From: a virus
Strand: one strand, 5' to 3'
IMG/VR virus record: IMGVR_UViG_3300010331_000009
Length of the DNA: 33,833 nucleotides
Part shown: in pieces, positions 14,946 to 22,672 of the stretch
Position numbering within the stretch: the first letter of the stretch is position 1
Layout: each line of letters starts with the position of its first letter
The notes under the pieces: model-generated
Told to the model about the DNA's origin: nothing
The model's database searches: none
The model's input: the letters and a program-made list of their open reading frames with translations, nothing else
Position numbers and translations under genes: made by a program

Positions 14946-15025
14946 GACACGAGCCCGAAAGTGGGAGTTTTCGCCTGAGGGAGCCGCTGCCGACACGAAA
15001 CGCTTTCGCGGCTGACACGAAACGC
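14946..15025 (+). repeat. Three direct GACACGA repeats in the 134-bp non-coding gap before the packaging genes (candidate cos/terminase recognition region)
   Basis: GACACGA at 14946, 14992 and 15014, spaced 46 and 22 bp apart. The last two extend to GACACGAAACGC. The gap 14903-15036 has no ORF. Confidence 0.5.
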
Positions 15026-15039
15026 ACCATCAAGCCATG
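15009..15039 (+). promoter_or_regulatory. 31-bp conserved leader ending in a start codon (copy A)
   Basis: cggctgacacgAAAcgcaccatcaagccATG is 28/31 identical to 17549-17579. Confidence 0.6.
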
Positions 15040-15384
15040 GAAACCAAGGTGTGTGACTGCGGATGCGGTCGAGAATTCGAGGTAGAGGAAGGGCGCCCGG
15101 GCAGACCGCGACGCTACTTCGCACGTGCCTGCAGGAAGCGCGCCGAGCGCAACCGACAGCAGAACGCCACGTGGATCCGCGCCTACGAGGGCGAGCTCCA
15201 CATCCAGAGCGATGCGCCCACCAAGCAGATCACCAATGCGGTCGCTGAGTCCTCGACTATCGCCGCCGCCTTCCGCCGTCTGGCGATCGAAGAGCCCAAT
15301 CCGCGCCTGGCCGCGGGCTGCGAAGCCATGTATCTCGAGATAATCGCCGCTCTCGAGCGCAACTTCCCCGGGTGGTCGGCATGA
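15037..15384 (+). CDS. Hypothetical protein with an N-terminal zinc-ribbon-like motif; first gene of the late block
   Basis: 115-aa ORF with CDCGCG....ARACRKR. Confidence 0.7.
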   Translation: METKVCDCGCGREFEVEEGRPGRPRRYFARACRKRAERNRQQNATWIRAYEGELHIQSDAPTKQITNAVAESSTIAAAFRRLAIEEPNPRLAAGCEAMYLEIIAALERNFPGWSA

Positions 15385-16025
15385 CGAAGGGCCGCATACC
15401 CAAGGATGAAGCGACTCGCACCGGGCATCGCGCCGCCGTAGGGCAGGGCGAGTCGATCGAGGTCGCCCCTGTGTCCGCGAAACTGGTCGGCGCCGAGCCT
15501 CCGGCCGGGCTCTCCCCGCTCGCCTGCGAGGTCTGGCGGGTGTGTGTCACCGACATGGTTGCGCTCGGCCACCTCAGAGAACCCGATCTGCTGCAGCTGC
15601 GCAACTACAGCGTGCAGGCGGCGATCGCCATCGAGTGCGAGGCGACCATCGAGGAGTACGGCGCGATGATGAAGGAGCCGATCATCGCGACCGATCGGGA
15701 GACGGGAATCGCAGAGGTAGTGGGCTGGAAACTCAAGGCCAACCCCGCGTGCAAGCTGCACCGGGAGTCATCGAACACCGTGCGGCTGCTCGCCTCCGAC
15801 CTCGCGCTCACGCCAATGGCACGTATCCGCGGAAACCTCATGGCCATCGCGACTGCCTCGATCGCCATCGGCATCAAGGACGACCTGGAGGCCGACCTCG
15901 AAGCCGAGGATCTGGCGCTGATGCAGGCGAAGAAGCAGCCCAAGAAGCTGCCGGCGCCCAAGAAGCCCAAGAAGACGACCGCAAAGAAGCGCGAGAAAAC
16001 GACCGCGAAGAAGGACGGCAAGTGA
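15381..16025 (+). CDS. terS: Terminase small subunit (P27-family-like)
   Basis: ATGA overlap start at 15381. Position immediately upstream of terL. Contains ...ACEVWRVCVTDMVALGHLREPDLLQLRNYS... and a Lys-rich C-terminal tail. Confidence 0.8.
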   Translation: MTKGRIPKDEATRTGHRAAVGQGESIEVAPVSAKLVGAEPPAGLSPLACEVWRVCVTDMVALGHLREPDLLQLRNYSVQAAIAIECEATIEEYGAMMKEPIIATDRETGIAEVVGWKLKANPACKLHRESSNTVRLLASDLALTPMARIRGNLMAIATASIAIGIKDDLEADLEAEDLALMQAKKQPKKLPAPKKPKKTTAKKREKTTAKKDGK

Positions 16026-17548
16026 GCGCGGAGAAGACCGCCGCCAAACCACGCCCCACCAAGAAGGCATCCCCGCGTTCACCGGCGCGCAAGCGCCTGC
16101 CGGCCAAGCCGAGATACTCAGAGCTCGGGCTGCACAAGGCACGCATGGTCGCGGCGTTCACGCGCAAGCACCTCATCCACGTCGACGGCGAGCCGCCACC
16201 AAACGGTGTCGCGTTCCAGCCGATCGAGTTCGCGGACTTCCAGCTCGAGAACATCGTCCTGCCGATCTTCGCGAACGTGGACGCGAAGGGTAAGCGACGC
16301 ATCAAGAAGGTCCTCATCGGCCTGTCGCGAGACGGTGCGAAATCTGAGGTAGCGGCGTGTCTGGTCTTGGCGATCGCGTTCCTCGAGCCGAAGTACCAGG
16401 GGCAGTACTACTTCGTGGCCCGCGACAAGCCCCAGGCGCGTGCCGTCTTCAACAAGCTACGCACCATGGTGCTGCACGACCCGCTGCTGCGCCGCGCGTG
16501 CGACGTGCAGAAAGACGTCATCTACATCAAGGAGACCGGGGCCAAGTTCGAGGTCCTGCCGGGCGACGAGAAGAGCGTCCAGTCAAAGCACGCTGACGTC
16601 GTGGTCGTAGACGAGTACCACGTGCACAAGAACGACCACGTCCTCAACGCCATGACGTCGGGCATGATCGGCAACTGGGACCGTGGCGCACTGGTGATCG
16701 TGCTATCGACGGCGGGCCCGGTGCGCAAGGGGCCGCTCTGGGAGCTCATCGCCAAGTGGAAGAAGGACAAGGCCGCGCACGTCTACTGGTGCGGCGCCGA
16801 CGACGAAGACGACATGCACGACCCGAAGGTGTGGCGCAAGGCGAACCCCATGCCGTGGATCTCCATGGCCGCGCTGAGGCACGCGCACGACACGCTCCCC
16901 CCGTGGGACTTCGAGCGGTATCACCTCAACCGATTCCCGTCGACGGGCAAGATGATCGCGTTCGACTCCAAGTCCTGGGACGCGCTGGCCGCCATGTCGG
17001 TCATCGATCCCGCGCTTCCGTCGTACCTGTCCGCCGATGCGTCGTTCTCCCGCGACTCGACGGCCTTCGTCCTCGACCAGGTCGACGAGGACGGCATCCA
17101 CAACTGGGTGGCGTGGATCATCTACCCGGACGAACCCGGTATGCCTATCAATCGTGGGCTGATGATGTCCACGGCCCTCGACATCCTCAGCCAGTTCTAC
17201 GTCGAGCGCATGATCTGCGACAAGAACTACTTCGTGCTCGAGATGATGGAGCTCGCCAACCAGCACGGCATCGACGTTGAGGCCTACCGCCAGAGCGCCG
17301 AGAACATGGCGCGCGCCTACGACGTGACCTGGTCGGTCGTCTCTTCCCAGCGCGCCCGGCACGGCGGGGAAAAGGGGCTGCGCGAGCAGGTGCTCAACGC
17401 CGCTCAGGAGCCCACCGCATACGGCCCGCGCCTCGGCAAGATCGAGGAAGCCCGCAAGATCGACGCTGCGGTGGCGCTCGTCATGGTGACATTCGTCGCC
17501 GAGTCCGAGTGGCAGCTGACGGCCGGCGGCGCGCAGGTCTCGTTCTGA
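16022..17548 (+). CDS. terL: Terminase large subunit
   Basis: GTGA overlap start at 16022 (alternative ATG 16145). The Walker-A-like motif GLSRDGAKSE is deviant, with an extra Ala before the Lys. Walker B is VVVVDEYH. Size and position before the portal fit. The track ORF from 15542 is an off-gene extension. Confidence 0.88.
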   Translation: MSAEKTAAKPRPTKKASPRSPARKRLPAKPRYSELGLHKARMVAAFTRKHLIHVDGEPPPNGVAFQPIEFADFQLENIVLPIFANVDAKGKRRIKKVLIGLSRDGAKSEVAACLVLAIAFLEPKYQGQYYFVARDKPQARAVFNKLRTMVLHDPLLRRACDVQKDVIYIKETGAKFEVLPGDEKSVQSKHADVVVVDEYHVHKNDHVLNAMTSGMIGNWDRGALVIVLSTAGPVRKGPLWELIAKWKKDKAAHVYWCGADDEDDMHDPKVWRKANPMPWISMAALRHAHDTLPPWDFERYHLNRFPSTGKMIAFDSKSWDALAAMSVIDPALPSYLSADASFSRDSTAFVLDQVDEDGIHNWVAWIIYPDEPGMPINRGLMMSTALDILSQFYVERMICDKNYFVLEMMELANQHGIDVEAYRQSAENMARAYDVTWSVVSSQRARHGGEKGLREQVLNAAQEPTAYGPRLGKIEEARKIDAAVALVMVTFVAESEWQLTAGGAQVSF

Positions 17549-17579
17549 CGGCTGACACGCCCCGCACCATCAAGCCATG
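17549..17579 (+). promoter_or_regulatory. 31-bp conserved leader ending in a start codon (copy B)
   Basis: cggctgacacgCCCcgcaccatcaagccATG, immediately after the terL stop. Confidence 0.6.
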
Positions 17580-17885
17580 AACACATCCCTGGTCATCAAG
17601 CTCCTCGTGATCGCTGCCGTCGTCGGGCTGGCGCTCTTGTCCACTCGCGGCGTCTACCTGCACCGGATGTTGCGCAGGACCGTGGCCGTCCACCTGAAGA
17701 GCGGCACGTCCATGCGCGGCGTGCTGCAGGGCGTCTACGTCGACAGCATAGTGCTCGTGCATGCGTCGGCAGCTCCGAGCGGCGCGAAGGAGTTCACGCC
17801 TGTGGACGGCGCCCAGGTGATTCCCAAGGCGAACGTCGACTGGATGCAGGACCTCAACACCGTCGCCGCCGGGGAGGTCTCGTGA
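17577..17885 (+). CDS. Small membrane-anchored hypothetical protein between terL and portal
   Basis: N-terminal TM segment LVIKLLVIAAVVGLALL. 102 aa, with a GTGA overlap into the portal gene. Confidence 0.7.
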   Translation: MNTSLVIKLLVIAAVVGLALLSTRGVYLHRMLRRTVAVHLKSGTSMRGVLQGVYVDSIVLVHASAAPSGAKEFTPVDGAQVIPKANVDWMQDLNTVAAGEVS

Positions 17886-19186
17886 CCCTCCTGCTGAGCA
17901 ACGGCCTGCCTACTTCCATCGCCGAGGTCACCCCGGGCTTCTCCATGGCCCCTCGGGTGTTCTCTGATCCGAGCGACACCTACAAGGCCATGGCATACGA
18001 AGCGATCTACCGCCGCCAGCCGGCGGTGTTCTCGGTCGTGAACCGGCTGCTGTACGGCATGTCGCGTCTGCCGCTCAAGGCCTACCAGTTCGGCGAGGAC
18101 GGCGAGAGCCGACAGCACGTCCGCTCCGGGGATCTCCCGACGCTCGTGCGCCAGCCTTGGCCGCGTCACTCGAGGCGCGACCTGATCGCGGCACTCGGAT
18201 TCGACTTGCTGGTCAACGGCAAGTGCCTCGCGTGGAACTTCCGCGGGCGTGCCGGCATGACTCCCGACCAGGTGTGGCCGGTGCCATGGTCCTGCGTGCA
18301 GCCCTACAGCGACGCGCGCGGGATCTACAACTTCCACATCACGATCGGCGGCACCATCTACGTCGTCGACCCGCGAGATGTCGTGTATCTCGAGCTTCTC
18401 GGCGGGGGCGTGTCTCCCCTCGAGCCGCTCCGCCGCACGATCGGGCTGGAAGAGGACGCCATCAAGTGGCAGTCCGAGGCGATGCACAACTCGTTCTCGG
18501 CCAAGGCCATCTACACGACGAAGGCCAACGTCACCAACGAGCCGGTGATGAAGGCGCTGCGCGCCGGACTCGACGACCTCTACCGAGGCCCGAGTGGCAA
18601 GCAGTACGCGATCTTCGGCGAGGGAAGCGACGTCAAGCCGCTCACTGGCATGTCGGCCGTCGACCTGGACCTCATCAAGCAGAAGCAGTCCTCCATCGAG
18701 GCCATATGCGCGTGCTACGACACCCAGCCTGCGGTGCTCGGCTTCTCGACCACCGGCCAAGCGACCACCTACGCCAGCGCCCGCGAGTGGCGCCAGTCGT
18801 TCTACGTCGACGGCATCGGCCCCAAGGTCGACCTGATCGAGTCTGGCCTGAACAGCCAGCTCGTGTTCCCCGAGGCCGCATGGTCCGGGATGTTCCTCGA
18901 GTTCGACCTGTCCGCGCTGCTGAGCCCGGACAGCGAGTCCCAGGCACGCGCCGCGATGCTCTCCATGCAAAGCGCCAGCTCGACGATCAACCAGCGCCTG
19001 CGCGATCGCAACGAACCGCCCATAGACCATCCCCTCGCCGACACCATCTTCGTGCCGGCCAACATGATCCCGCTCGAGCAGTACGACCAGACGCTCGCGG
19101 CAGATATCGCCGCTACGCCCGCCGCGCTCGCGGCTAAGACCGCCGCAGACAAGCTCGTCTCCGACGCACTGACGGCAAAGGAGTAA
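17882..19186 (+). CDS. Portal protein (HK97-type)
   Basis: 434 aa. Positioned between the terminase and the prohead protease. The composition and length are typical of HK97-family portals. Confidence 0.85.
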   Translation: MTLLLSNGLPTSIAEVTPGFSMAPRVFSDPSDTYKAMAYEAIYRRQPAVFSVVNRLLYGMSRLPLKAYQFGEDGESRQHVRSGDLPTLVRQPWPRHSRRDLIAALGFDLLVNGKCLAWNFRGRAGMTPDQVWPVPWSCVQPYSDARGIYNFHITIGGTIYVVDPRDVVYLELLGGGVSPLEPLRRTIGLEEDAIKWQSEAMHNSFSAKAIYTTKANVTNEPVMKALRAGLDDLYRGPSGKQYAIFGEGSDVKPLTGMSAVDLDLIKQKQSSIEAICACYDTQPAVLGFSTTGQATTYASAREWRQSFYVDGIGPKVDLIESGLNSQLVFPEAAWSGMFLEFDLSALLSPDSESQARAAMLSMQSASSTINQRLRDRNEPPIDHPLADTIFVPANMIPLEQYDQTLAADIAATPAALAAKTAADKLVSDALTAKE

Positions 19187-19191
19187 AGACG

Positions 19192-20055
19192 ATGGATCCT
19201 CTAATCATTCCGAAGGCCATGAGCCGCGTTGGCCGGGCGAAGCTCGCGGACAAGCCATTCCCGAAGGCGACAGGCCCCTGGTACGAGGTCGGGGCCAAGT
19301 CGGTGGATATCGGCGCGACCGTGACCGACATCTGGGTCTACGACGTCATCGGCGACGACTGGTGGGATCCGTCGCTCACAGCCAAGGAGCTATGCCAGAC
19401 CATCGTCGGCATCACGACCGACGAGATAGTGCTGCACATGAGTTCCCCAGGCGGGTGCGTATCCGACGCGATCGCGATCTTCAACGCGCTGCGCCAGCAC
19501 CCGGCCAAGGTGAGCGCCATCATCGAAGGCCACACCGCGAGCGCCGCGACCTACCTCACACAGGCCGCCGATCCGGGCTGCATCACCATGTACGACAACA
19601 CCCTCTTCATGATCCACAAGCCGTGGACGTACGTCTTCGAGGCTGGCAATGAAGACTACCTCGAGCAGGTCATGACCGAGGTAGTTGCTTATCTGCGCAA
19701 GTGCACCTCGACGCTTCTCGGCGGATACATGGCGCGGTGCACCAAGACCGACGTCGAGCTGATGGACGCGCTGGCCGCCACCGTGTACCTGGATGCAGAC
19801 GAGGCGCTCGACTGGGGATTCGTCGACACCATCAAACCAGCTCTGGAAGCGGCGGCATGCGCTCACGTCGGGTCGACCCCGTTCGCGGCCATGGGCTTCG
19901 CTCCCATCCCCGCACGACTCGAGGCGCTCGCGGCTGAAGCTGCGCCCGATAACACCGGAACCACTCCCACGAAGGTGCCGGCTGACACGCCACGCATCGT
20001 GGGTCACGTAGTAGCGACGCAATTGACGTCGAGCCAGCTGAGAGGAAGGTCCTAG
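19192..20055 (+). CDS. ClpP-like (S14) prohead/head-maturation protease
   Basis: AAGGAG upstream. Contains ...IVLHMSSPGGCVSDAIAIFNALRQH...IIEGHTASAATYL....MIHKPW, a ClpP-type Ser/His context. Confidence 0.88.
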   Translation: MDPLIIPKAMSRVGRAKLADKPFPKATGPWYEVGAKSVDIGATVTDIWVYDVIGDDWWDPSLTAKELCQTIVGITTDEIVLHMSSPGGCVSDAIAIFNALRQHPAKVSAIIEGHTASAATYLTQAADPGCITMYDNTLFMIHKPWTYVFEAGNEDYLEQVMTEVVAYLRKCTSTLLGGYMARCTKTDVELMDALAATVYLDADEALDWGFVDTIKPALEAAACAHVGSTPFAAMGFAPIPARLEALAAEAAPDNTGTTPTKVPADTPRIVGHVVATQLTSSQLRGRS

Positions 20056-20057
20056 AT

Positions 20058-21374
20058 ATGAGCAAGTTGCTTAAAGCTCGCCAGCGAGCCGACGCCATGA
20101 CCGCCGAGGCGTCCCAGGCATGGGCTGCTGTACTGGAGGCACGGAAGGTTCTATCTTCCGCCATCATCCCTGAAGGAGCCAAGCTCGAGGATCTGCCCGA
20201 GCTCAAGGCATCCGAAGCCGCGATGGACGCGTTCGACCTTGCGTCCAAGACCGCCGAGGCCGCCGTCGCGGACTACGACCGTCTCGCCGTCGCTCTGGGC
20301 GAGAACGACGTCAAGGGCGTCATCCCCGCTGCGGTGTCGCGCATCGGTCAGGCCGCCGCTACCGTCAGTGTCGGTCGCGAGGCGCTCGACCTCGGCCGTT
20401 CGTTCACCGACAGCGACGTCTTCGCCGAGGTGAAGAAGTCCAACCCGAGCGGCCCCGGTCGCATCGGCACCACCGGATCGTCCATGATCTCCACGCGTGA
20501 GCAGGCTCGTGCCGCCATCACGCTTCCGGTCGGCGACAGCGTCATCGCCCCCGACCAGCTGCCGGGCATCCGCTCGCTTCCGCTCATGCCCGCGCTCACC
20601 ATCCTCGATCTCGTGAGCATGCTCACCACCGACTCGACTCAGGTCAAGTGGGTCATCGAGAAGCTCTTCACCAACAACGCCGCCGGTCGCGCCAACGGTG
20701 CCGCCGCCGCCGAGTCCAACCTCGAGCTGGACATCGTCAAGTACGACGTCAAGAACATCTCGCACTTCACCGCCGCTCCTCGCGAGATCTTCGACGACGT
20801 CGCCGGCCTGCAGTCCCTGGTCGATACGAAGATGATCTGGGGCCTGCGTCGCAAGCTCGCCAGCCAGCTCTTCGTGGGCGACGGTCTCGGCGAGAACCTC
20901 ACCGGTATCTACAACGCCGAGGGCATCGGCTCGATCGTGCGCGCCGGCGTGACCGCCGACGCCCTGATCGGCAGCATCTTCGACGCGCAGCAGGTCGTGC
21001 TCGACAGCTACGGCGAGATGCCGTCCGCCACGTTCCTGTGCCCGGCCGACTACAAGACGCTGCGCTTCGCTCGCGAGAGCTCTGCCGGCGTCGGTACCGC
21101 CACCGGTGGCTACCTGTACGGCCCGCCCAGCCAGAACAACCCGATCGACATCGACGGCGTACTGGTCCTGCGTCACCCGGACATCACCGCGGGCAACCCC
21201 ATCACGGGTGTCTGGCGCGAGCTCGCCGTCTGGATGCACGAGGGCTTCAGCGTCTCGGCGACGGACTCGCACGCGGACTACTTCACCAAGCGCATGATCG
21301 CGATCTTCGCGAACTTCCGCGCGGCCGCCGGCCCCATGTCGACGCAGGCTTTCTGCGAAGTCACCCAGGCCTAG
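20058..21374 (+). CDS. Major capsid protein (HK97 fold family)
   Basis: 438 aa directly after the protease. It has an N-terminal coiled-coil delta-like region, and a hairpin lies downstream. Confidence 0.88.
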   Translation: MSKLLKARQRADAMTAEASQAWAAVLEARKVLSSAIIPEGAKLEDLPELKASEAAMDAFDLASKTAEAAVADYDRLAVALGENDVKGVIPAAVSRIGQAAATVSVGREALDLGRSFTDSDVFAEVKKSNPSGPGRIGTTGSSMISTREQARAAITLPVGDSVIAPDQLPGIRSLPLMPALTILDLVSMLTTDSTQVKWVIEKLFTNNAAGRANGAAAAESNLELDIVKYDVKNISHFTAAPREIFDDVAGLQSLVDTKMIWGLRRKLASQLFVGDGLGENLTGIYNAEGIGSIVRAGVTADALIGSIFDAQQVVLDSYGEMPSATFLCPADYKTLRFARESSAGVGTATGGYLYGPPSQNNPIDIDGVLVLRHPDITAGNPITGVWRELAVWMHEGFSVSATDSHADYFTKRMIAIFANFRAAAGPMSTQAFCEVTQA

Positions 21375-21402
21375 CACGACCCGCTCGCTGAGCTGACGGA
21401 TT

Positions 21403-21432
21403 GACCCCGCCTTGCATCGTCGGGGCGGGGTC
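21403..21432 (+). terminator. Terminator-like hairpin after the major capsid gene
   Basis: GACCCCGCC (21403-21411) pairs with GGCGGGGTC (21424-21432). It is followed by TTCCTC, a weak U tract. Confidence 0.55.
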
Positions 21433-21484
21433 TTCCTCATCCAGCCGGCGCGTCGACAACGAATCGACCGGAAAGGGAGGCCCC

Positions 21485-21919
21485 ATGTATACGACCAAGG
21501 AACGGATCTACGGAACGGACGGCAACGGCCGCCGCAGCCTGCTCCATATCGAGGGCGCGCGTATCTCCGACGCTCGCGCTGCGGAGCTCGGCCTGATCAA
21601 GGGCAAGGCTCCCGCAGCCACGAGGGCCACGGGCGCTGCTCCGGGGACCGAGGCTCCCGCCAAGGTCAGTTACGAGGACCTCAAGACCGAGGCCACCGCG
21701 CTCGGCCTTGAGTTCGCCGGCAACATCGGCTCGGTCAAGCTCACCGTCCTAATCGACGAGGCGAAGGCCAAGGTGGCAGCGGCCGCAACTTCGACAGTGC
21801 CGGCAGACGGCACGAAGTCGACGGTCGACGGCGTAGAGGTCACCTGGAGCGAGGCGGGCGGCCAGTGGATCCGCGACGACGATGGCGAGCCCTTCGTCAA
21901 CCCGGAGCCGCAGGAGTAG
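21485..21919 (+). CDS. Hypothetical head-associated protein (HeH/SAP-like segment)
   Basis: GGGAGG precedes ATG 21485. YEDLKTEATALGLEFAGNIGSVKLTVLIDEAKAK resembles a HeH/Rho-N-type motif. The gene sits after the capsid gene. Confidence 0.65.
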   Translation: MYTTKERIYGTDGNGRRSLLHIEGARISDARAAELGLIKGKAPAATRATGAAPGTEAPAKVSYEDLKTEATALGLEFAGNIGSVKLTVLIDEAKAKVAAAATSTVPADGTKSTVDGVEVTWSEAGGQWIRDDDGEPFVNPEPQE

Positions 21920-21927
21920 GCACACCC

Positions 21928-21951
21928 GCGGGGCTGGTCCGCCAGCCCCGC
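21928..21951 (+). terminator. Perfect 10-bp GC hairpin (terminator-like, no U tract)
   Basis: GCGGGGCTGG (21928-21937), loop TCCG, CCAGCCCCGC (21942-21951). Confidence 0.45.
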
Positions 21952-22022
21952 TCGACGAGCGCACCGCACCCGCCGCCGCAGGGCCGGTGCGTTCACCGAG
22001 CGGGACAACCCGAGAGGACCCG

Positions 22023-22355
22023 ATGAAGCACGTCGACGGACAGCCCTATTGCTCACTTCCCTGGTGCGGTGCCTCGTTCGGGGCCCCGAGCCATAAGCGC
22101 GTGTTCAGGGTCGCCGGCGAACTCGTTGAGCTCACCTACCCGTCGATGATCGAGATGCACGACGTGGTCCCCCGCTCCCAGGGCGGAGATCCCGAGGACC
22201 TCGAGAATAACGTGCCGATCTGCCTCGAGTGCCACCACGCTCACCACTCGACCGGCTCCGGTCGTCTCATCTTCTGCGGCACCGCGGTGTCTCGCGCCGA
22301 CGGCCGCACCGGCACGCTCGTACTCGGCGATCGCGAAGGGTTGGATGCGCTATGA
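22023..22355 (+). CDS. HNH endonuclease (third; free-standing, within the structural module)
   Basis: Contains MHDVVPRSQGGDPEDLENNVPICLECHHAHH, an HNH motif. ATG 22023 lies within track ORF 21882..22355. Confidence 0.8.
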   Translation: MKHVDGQPYCSLPWCGASFGAPSHKRVFRVAGELVELTYPSMIEMHDVVPRSQGGDPEDLENNVPICLECHHAHHSTGSGRLIFCGTAVSRADGRTGTLVLGDREGLDAL

Positions 22356-22672
22356 AGACTGTCCTCACTATCGCCCTGGCGGCTCTTCTCGCAGCCGGCC
22401 TGGTCATCCTCTGTGGCTCGTTCGCTGATCAGCCTGAGCCGCGTGCGATCGCGCCGCTGGACCTTGATTCAACGATGCCGGTCATCGTCCGCCACGAGAC
22501 TCCGGACGGCGTGCAGGTCGCGCCTCCGGAGACCATGCCGCTCTGGAAGTACGTCGAGCAAGAGCGCGGCGGATCGGATACCGACCTTCGGCGCGCGCTC
22601 GAGTGCGACATACACGCGGGCGACACGTCACTCCATCTTACGCACGAACTCATCGACGGCCGGAGCTTCTGA
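22352..22672 (+). CDS. Secreted/membrane-anchored hypothetical protein
   Basis: ATGA overlap start. N-terminal signal-like MKTVLTIALAALLAAGLVILCGSF. Confidence 0.65.
   Translation: MKTVLTIALAALLAAGLVILCGSFADQPEPRAIAPLDLDSTMPVIVRHETPDGVQVAPPETMPLWKYVEQERGGSDTDLRRALECDIHAGDTSLHLTHELIDGRSF

Noticed and set aside
15013-15041. The 31-bp leader as a sigma-70-type promoter for a leaderless mRNA
   Set aside because: The TGACAC (-35-like) and CACCAT (-10-like) hexamers are only 6 bp apart, not about 17, so a standard promoter reading does not fit.
15542-16021. An upstream extension of the terL ORF overlapping terS
   Set aside because: The extension is an Arg-rich frame overlapping the well-formed terS gene. 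The GTGA overlap start at 16022 fits the coupling pattern used throughout the phage.
17735-21440. Long minus-strand ORFs (17735..19030, 19390..20022, 20151..21440) opposite portal, protease and capsid
   Set aside because: Same GC-rich antisense artefact. The + strand products match conserved head-module families and gene order.
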